Origin: Alphaproteobacteria bacterium
GTDB taxonomy: Bacteria > Pseudomonadota > Alphaproteobacteria > Bin95
Assembly (NCBI GenBank): GCA_965222315.1
Contig: OZ244951.1
Coordinates: forward strand, 1,999,893-2,063,892
Length of the DNA: 64,000 nucleotides
Direction: 5' to 3'
Made by a program: the position numbers and the translations under genes. Shown here in pieces: positions 60,876-64,000 of the stretch (position 1 is the first letter of the stretch; every line of letters begins with the position of its first letter). Below the pieces are notes generated by a model. It was not told the DNA's origin. It saw only the letters and a program-made list of their open reading frames with translations, and did not search any database.

Positions 60876-63800
60876 ATGTCCTCAGAATCCGGCGGCCTGG
60901 CCGCTCTCGCCGCGCCTTGGCGGATCGGCGTCGATGTCGGCGGCACCTTTACCGACCTGGTGCTGACGGATAGCGCCGCCCGGAGCCTGGTGGTCAAGGT
61001 GCCCTCCGTCCCCTCTGACCCCAGCCAAGGTGTGCTGGCGGCGCTGGAGCGGCTCGCGGGCAATCTCGGTTGCATGGTGACGGACGTGCTGGCGGACTGC
61101 GCCCTGTTCGTTCATGGCTCAACGGTGGCGACCAACACCATGCTGGAAGGCAAGGGTGCCACTGTTGGACTGCTGACGACGGCGGGCTTCCGCGACGCGC
61201 TTGAAATCCGCCGCGGCCTGCGGGAGGACCAGTGGAACCATCGGGAGCCGTTCGCGCCGGTGCTGGTCCCCCGGTACCTGCGCCTGGGCGTCGGCGGGCG
61301 GACCGATAGCGACGGCAGCGAGCACGAGCCCCTGCGTCTCGGCGATGTGGACGAGGCTCTTACGGCGTTCCGCAGCGAAGGTGTGGAGGCGGTTGCCGTC
61401 GCCTTCTTCAACAGCTTCCTGAACGGCGCGCACGAGAAAGCCGCAGCCTCCCGCTTGCGCCAGCAGTGGCCGGAGGCTTGGGTGACGGAATCCGCCGCTC
61501 TCTCCCCGACACTGGGAGAGTACGAGCGCACTTCCACTGCGGTAGTGAACGCCTGCCTCTCGCCACGCATCGTCTCCTATCTACGCTCGTTGGACGAGCA
61601 ATTGCGCAGTTTGGGCCTGAAGCCGCCGCTGTTGCTGGTGCAGTCGAACGGCGGTGCGATCTCGGTGGAGCAGGTAGCGCCCCGCCCGGTCAACCTGCTG
61701 CTGAGCGGCCCGGCGGCGGCGGTCGGTGCGCTGAACTACTACCGTGGTCTGCTGGAGCAGGGCGAGACGGGCGGCAATGATCCCGGCAACCTCATATCCA
61801 TGGAAATCGGCGGCACGTCCTGTGATGTACTGCTAATGTCGGCGGGCCAGGTGGCGATGAAGGACGATCTGATGATCGCCGGCTATCACGTCTCCACCCC
61901 GGCGATCGACATCCACACCATCGGCGCGGGCGGCGGCACGATTGCGGGCGTGGATGGGGCGGGCATGCTTTATGTGGGTCCTCAGGGTGCGGGCGCGGAC
62001 CCCGGTCCCGCGTGCTACGGCAAGGGCGGCGAAAACCCGACTGTCACCGACGCGCAACTGGTGCTGGGCAGGCTCCGCGCCGGGGCCTATGCCGAGGCTG
62101 GGCTGACGCTGGACCTGGAGGCGGCGCGGCGAGCTATACAGACAAAGGTCGCCGACCTGCTCAGGCTTTCGGTGGAGGATGCCGCGGTCGGCATCATTGC
62201 GCTCCTGGAACAGAACCTGCTGCACGCGGTTGAGTACATCTCCATCGAACGCGGGCACGCGCCCAGGCTGTTTACGCTGGTTGCGGCGGGCGGCGCCGGG
62301 CCGATGCACGGGGTGAGCGTCGCGCGCGGACTCGGCTGCGAACGGGTCTACGTGCCGCGCGATGCGGGTGCGCTCTGCGCTGTCGGGATGCTGCATGCGG
62401 ACGTGCGCCAGGATTTCCAGCGGTTCCTGCGTGGTGCCTTGGATGATCTGGACCCAAAGGTGGTTGAAACCGACCTGGCAGGACTGGACGCACAGGCGCT
62501 GGAAGCCATGCAGGCCGAGGGCTTCGGCGGGGACCAGGTGGCGTTGGAGCACGCCATTGACCTGCACTACACCGGCCAGCTTTCCTCCCTGCGCGTGATC
62601 CTGCCTGCGGGCGGCTTCGATACGAAGGCCGTGCGGGAGGTGTTCGAGACGGAATACCAGCGCCTCTATGGCCATGTGCAACCGGACGGCACGATCATGA
62701 GCGCCTCCCTCCGCGTCGCCGCCCGTGCCGCCACCGGCACGCCCAAGGCCAAGGCGGGCCATGCTCCCGCTGCCTCCTCCGCTGAGCCGCAAGAACGCCG
62801 GCAAGTCTGGCATGAGGGGCGTGGCATGCTGGAGACTGCGGTCTATGGCGGCACGGCGCTCGGCCTCGGCGCGACTGTCGAAGGGCCTGCCGTGATCGAG
62901 GAACGTACGACCACCGTCCTGCTCGGTCCTGGCGACCGCCTCGCCGTCGATGGCGCAGGCAATTTCATGATCCAGGTGGCGGAGGCTGCCGAGGCCGCAG
63001 AACACGCCCGGCAAGCTGCCCCGGAAGAAAAGCTCGACCCGGTCATCCTGGCGCTATTGCAGAACCGGCTCGACCAGATCAGCAAGCATATGGGCTGGGT
63101 CATGACCCGCACGGCCCGCAGCCCAATCTTCAGCCAGAGCCACGACTTCTCCTGCTACGTCACCACGCCGGATGGCACGCTGGTCGCCAATGCTGACGGC
63201 ATCCCTATTCACACCGGCGGCGGCGGCTTTGCCGTACGGGCGTTGCTGCGTGACTTCGAGGGACGGATCAATCCGGAGGACGTGTTCATCCTCTCCGACC
63301 CCTATGTCGCGGGCGGTAACCATTTGCCGGACTGGGTGATCGCGCGGCCGATCTTCGTCGGCGAACCCGCGCGGCTCGCGGGCTTCTGCTGCAACCGCGC
63401 CCACCAGTCCGACATCGGCGGTGGCCTCGCCGGCACCTACAACCCGGAGGCGACCGAGATCTGGCATGAGGGCATTCGCCTGCCGGTGATGAAGTTGGTG
63501 GACCGTGGCGAGTTGCGGGACGACCTCTGGAAGTTGCTGCTCATCAACTCCCGCACGTCGGAGCTTCTGGACGGAGACCTCCGCGCCATGTTGGGCTCGA
63601 CCCGTGTCGGCAGCGAGCGGGTGGCGGCGTTGGCGGGCGAGCTTGGCCTGGAATCCTACTTCGCCCATCTGGCCGGCGTGCTCGACCATGCCGACGCCCG
63701 CATGCGGGAGGCCGTGCGGGCGCTACCGGACGGCACCTATCTGGGAGAGGACAGCACCGACAACGATTGCTTCGACAAGATCGAGACCGCAATCCGCGTC

Positions 63801-64000
63801 GCGCTAACGGTTGAGGGCGACCGGCTGACGCTGGATTTCTCGAAAAGCGACCCGCAGATGCGAGGCTTCAAGAACTCCTCGCTCGCCAACACCTACTCGG
63901 CGGCGTTCCTGGCGCTTTCCTCCTTCTTCGACACCGACATTCCACGGAACGAGGGCACCTACCGCTGCGTTGAGATTATCGCGCCTAAAGGCTCCATCGT
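60876..64000 (+). CDS. Hydantoinase/oxoprolinase family protein, fused A (HyuA-like) and B (HyuB-like) domains; 3-prime end beyond window
   Basis: ATG at 60876 gives MSSESGGLAALAAPWRIGVDVGGTFTDLVL (HyuA phosphate-1 motif), later HGSTVATNTMLEGKGA and GFRDALEIRRG. The same frame continues through ...GAGNFMIQVAEAAE...KLDPVILALLQNRLDQISKHMGWVMTRTARSPIFSQSHDFSCYV (HyuB N-terminus) with no stop before the window end. Confidence 0.7.
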   Translation, partial: MSSESGGLAALAAPWRIGVDVGGTFTDLVLTDSAARSLVVKVPSVPSDPSQGVLAALERLAGNLGCMVTDVLADCALFVHGSTVATNTMLEGKGATVGLLTTAGFRDALEIRRGLREDQWNHREPFAPVLVPRYLRLGVGGRTDSDGSEHEPLRLGDVDEALTAFRSEGVEAVAVAFFNSFLNGAHEKAAASRLRQQWPEAWVTESAALSPTLGEYERTSTAVVNACLSPRIVSYLRSLDEQLRSLGLKPPLLLVQSNGGAISVEQVAPRPVNLLLSGPAAAVGALNYYRGLLEQGETGGNDPGNLISMEIGGTSCDVLLMSAGQVAMKDDLMIAGYHVSTPAIDIHTIGAGGGTIAGVDGAGMLYVGPQGAGADPGPACYGKGGENPTVTDAQLVLGRLRAGAYAEAGLTLDLEAARRAIQTKVADLLRLSVEDAAVGIIALLEQNLLHAVEYISIERGHAPRLFTLVAAGGAGPMHGVSVARGLGCERVYVPRDAGALCAVGMLHADVRQDFQRFLRGALDDLDPKVVETDLAGLDAQALEAMQAEGFGGDQVALEHAIDLHYTGQLSSLRVILPAGGFDTKAVREVFETEYQRLYGHVQPDGTIMSASLRVAARAATGTPKAKAGHAPAASSAEPQERRQVWHEGRGMLETAVYGGTALGLGATVEGPAVIEERTTTVLLGPGDRLAVDGAGNFMIQVAEAAEAAEHARQAAPEEKLDPVILALLQNRLDQISKHMGWVMTRTARSPIFSQSHDFSCYVTTPDGTLVANADGIPIHTGGGGFAVRALLRDFEGRINPEDVFILSDPYVAGGNHLPDWVIARPIFVGEPARLAGFCCNRAHQSDIGGGLAGTYNPEATEIWHEGIRLPVMKLVDRGELRDDLWKLLLINSRTSELLDGDLRAMLGSTRVGSERVAALAGELGLESYFAHLAGVLDHADARMREAVRALPDGTYLGEDSTDNDCFDKIETAIRVALTVEGDRLTLDFSKSDPQMRGFKNSSLANTYSAAFLALSSFFDTDIPRNEGTYRCVEIIAPKGSI

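Noticed and set aside
60876-64000. Suspected frameshift at the hydantoinase start (about 60900) and at the HyuA/HyuB junction (about 62940)
   Set aside because: Re-reading the nucleotides shows ATG 60876 is in frame with IGVDVGGTFTD. GPAVIEERTTTVLLGPGDRLAVDGAGNFMI continues in the same frame into KLDPVILALLQNRL. The gene is a continuous fused A/B ORF that is absent from the ORF track only because it has no stop inside the window.

Overview
This window is a high-GC (about 63-65%) chromosomal segment, probably alphaproteobacterial (GAAC-N7-GAAC SOS box, NDUFA9-like protein, VPLPA-CTERM tails). It is gene dense on both strands; long ORFs antisense to genes are GC-driven shadows. Housekeeping content includes tsaB-rimI-uppP, topoisomerase IV subunit A (parC), speH-speE, and an intact gcvT-gcvH-gcvPA-gcvPB operon behind a tandem glycine riboswitch. 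A large block of branched-chain amino acid catabolism genes is present: a four-gene branched-chain keto-acid dehydrogenase operon, a class IV aminotransferase, a long-chain acyl-CoA dehydrogenase, a family III CoA-transferase and an HMG-CoA lyase that is frameshifted. Accessory-looking content is what deserves follow-up. There is a 1041-aa subtilase with no signal peptide, RTX nonapeptides and a tandemly duplicated ~150-aa C-terminal module, behind an AT-rich island. There is an ImuA-like gene without imuB/dnaE2, preceded by a GAAC-N7-GAAC LexA box. A FecR-domain protein sits divergent to a CHASE2 adenylate cyclase and carries a C-terminal VPL[AP] + TM + Arg-rich sorting tail; the same tail is on two tandem paralogous secreted proteins 3 kb away. 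An IS5-family transposase remnant lies upstream of the keto-acid dehydrogenase operon. No rRNA, tRNA or CRISPR array was seen. The final gene, a fused hydantoinase/oxoprolinase, runs off the window end. All calls come from reading the ORF translations and nucleotide motifs; no database search was possible.
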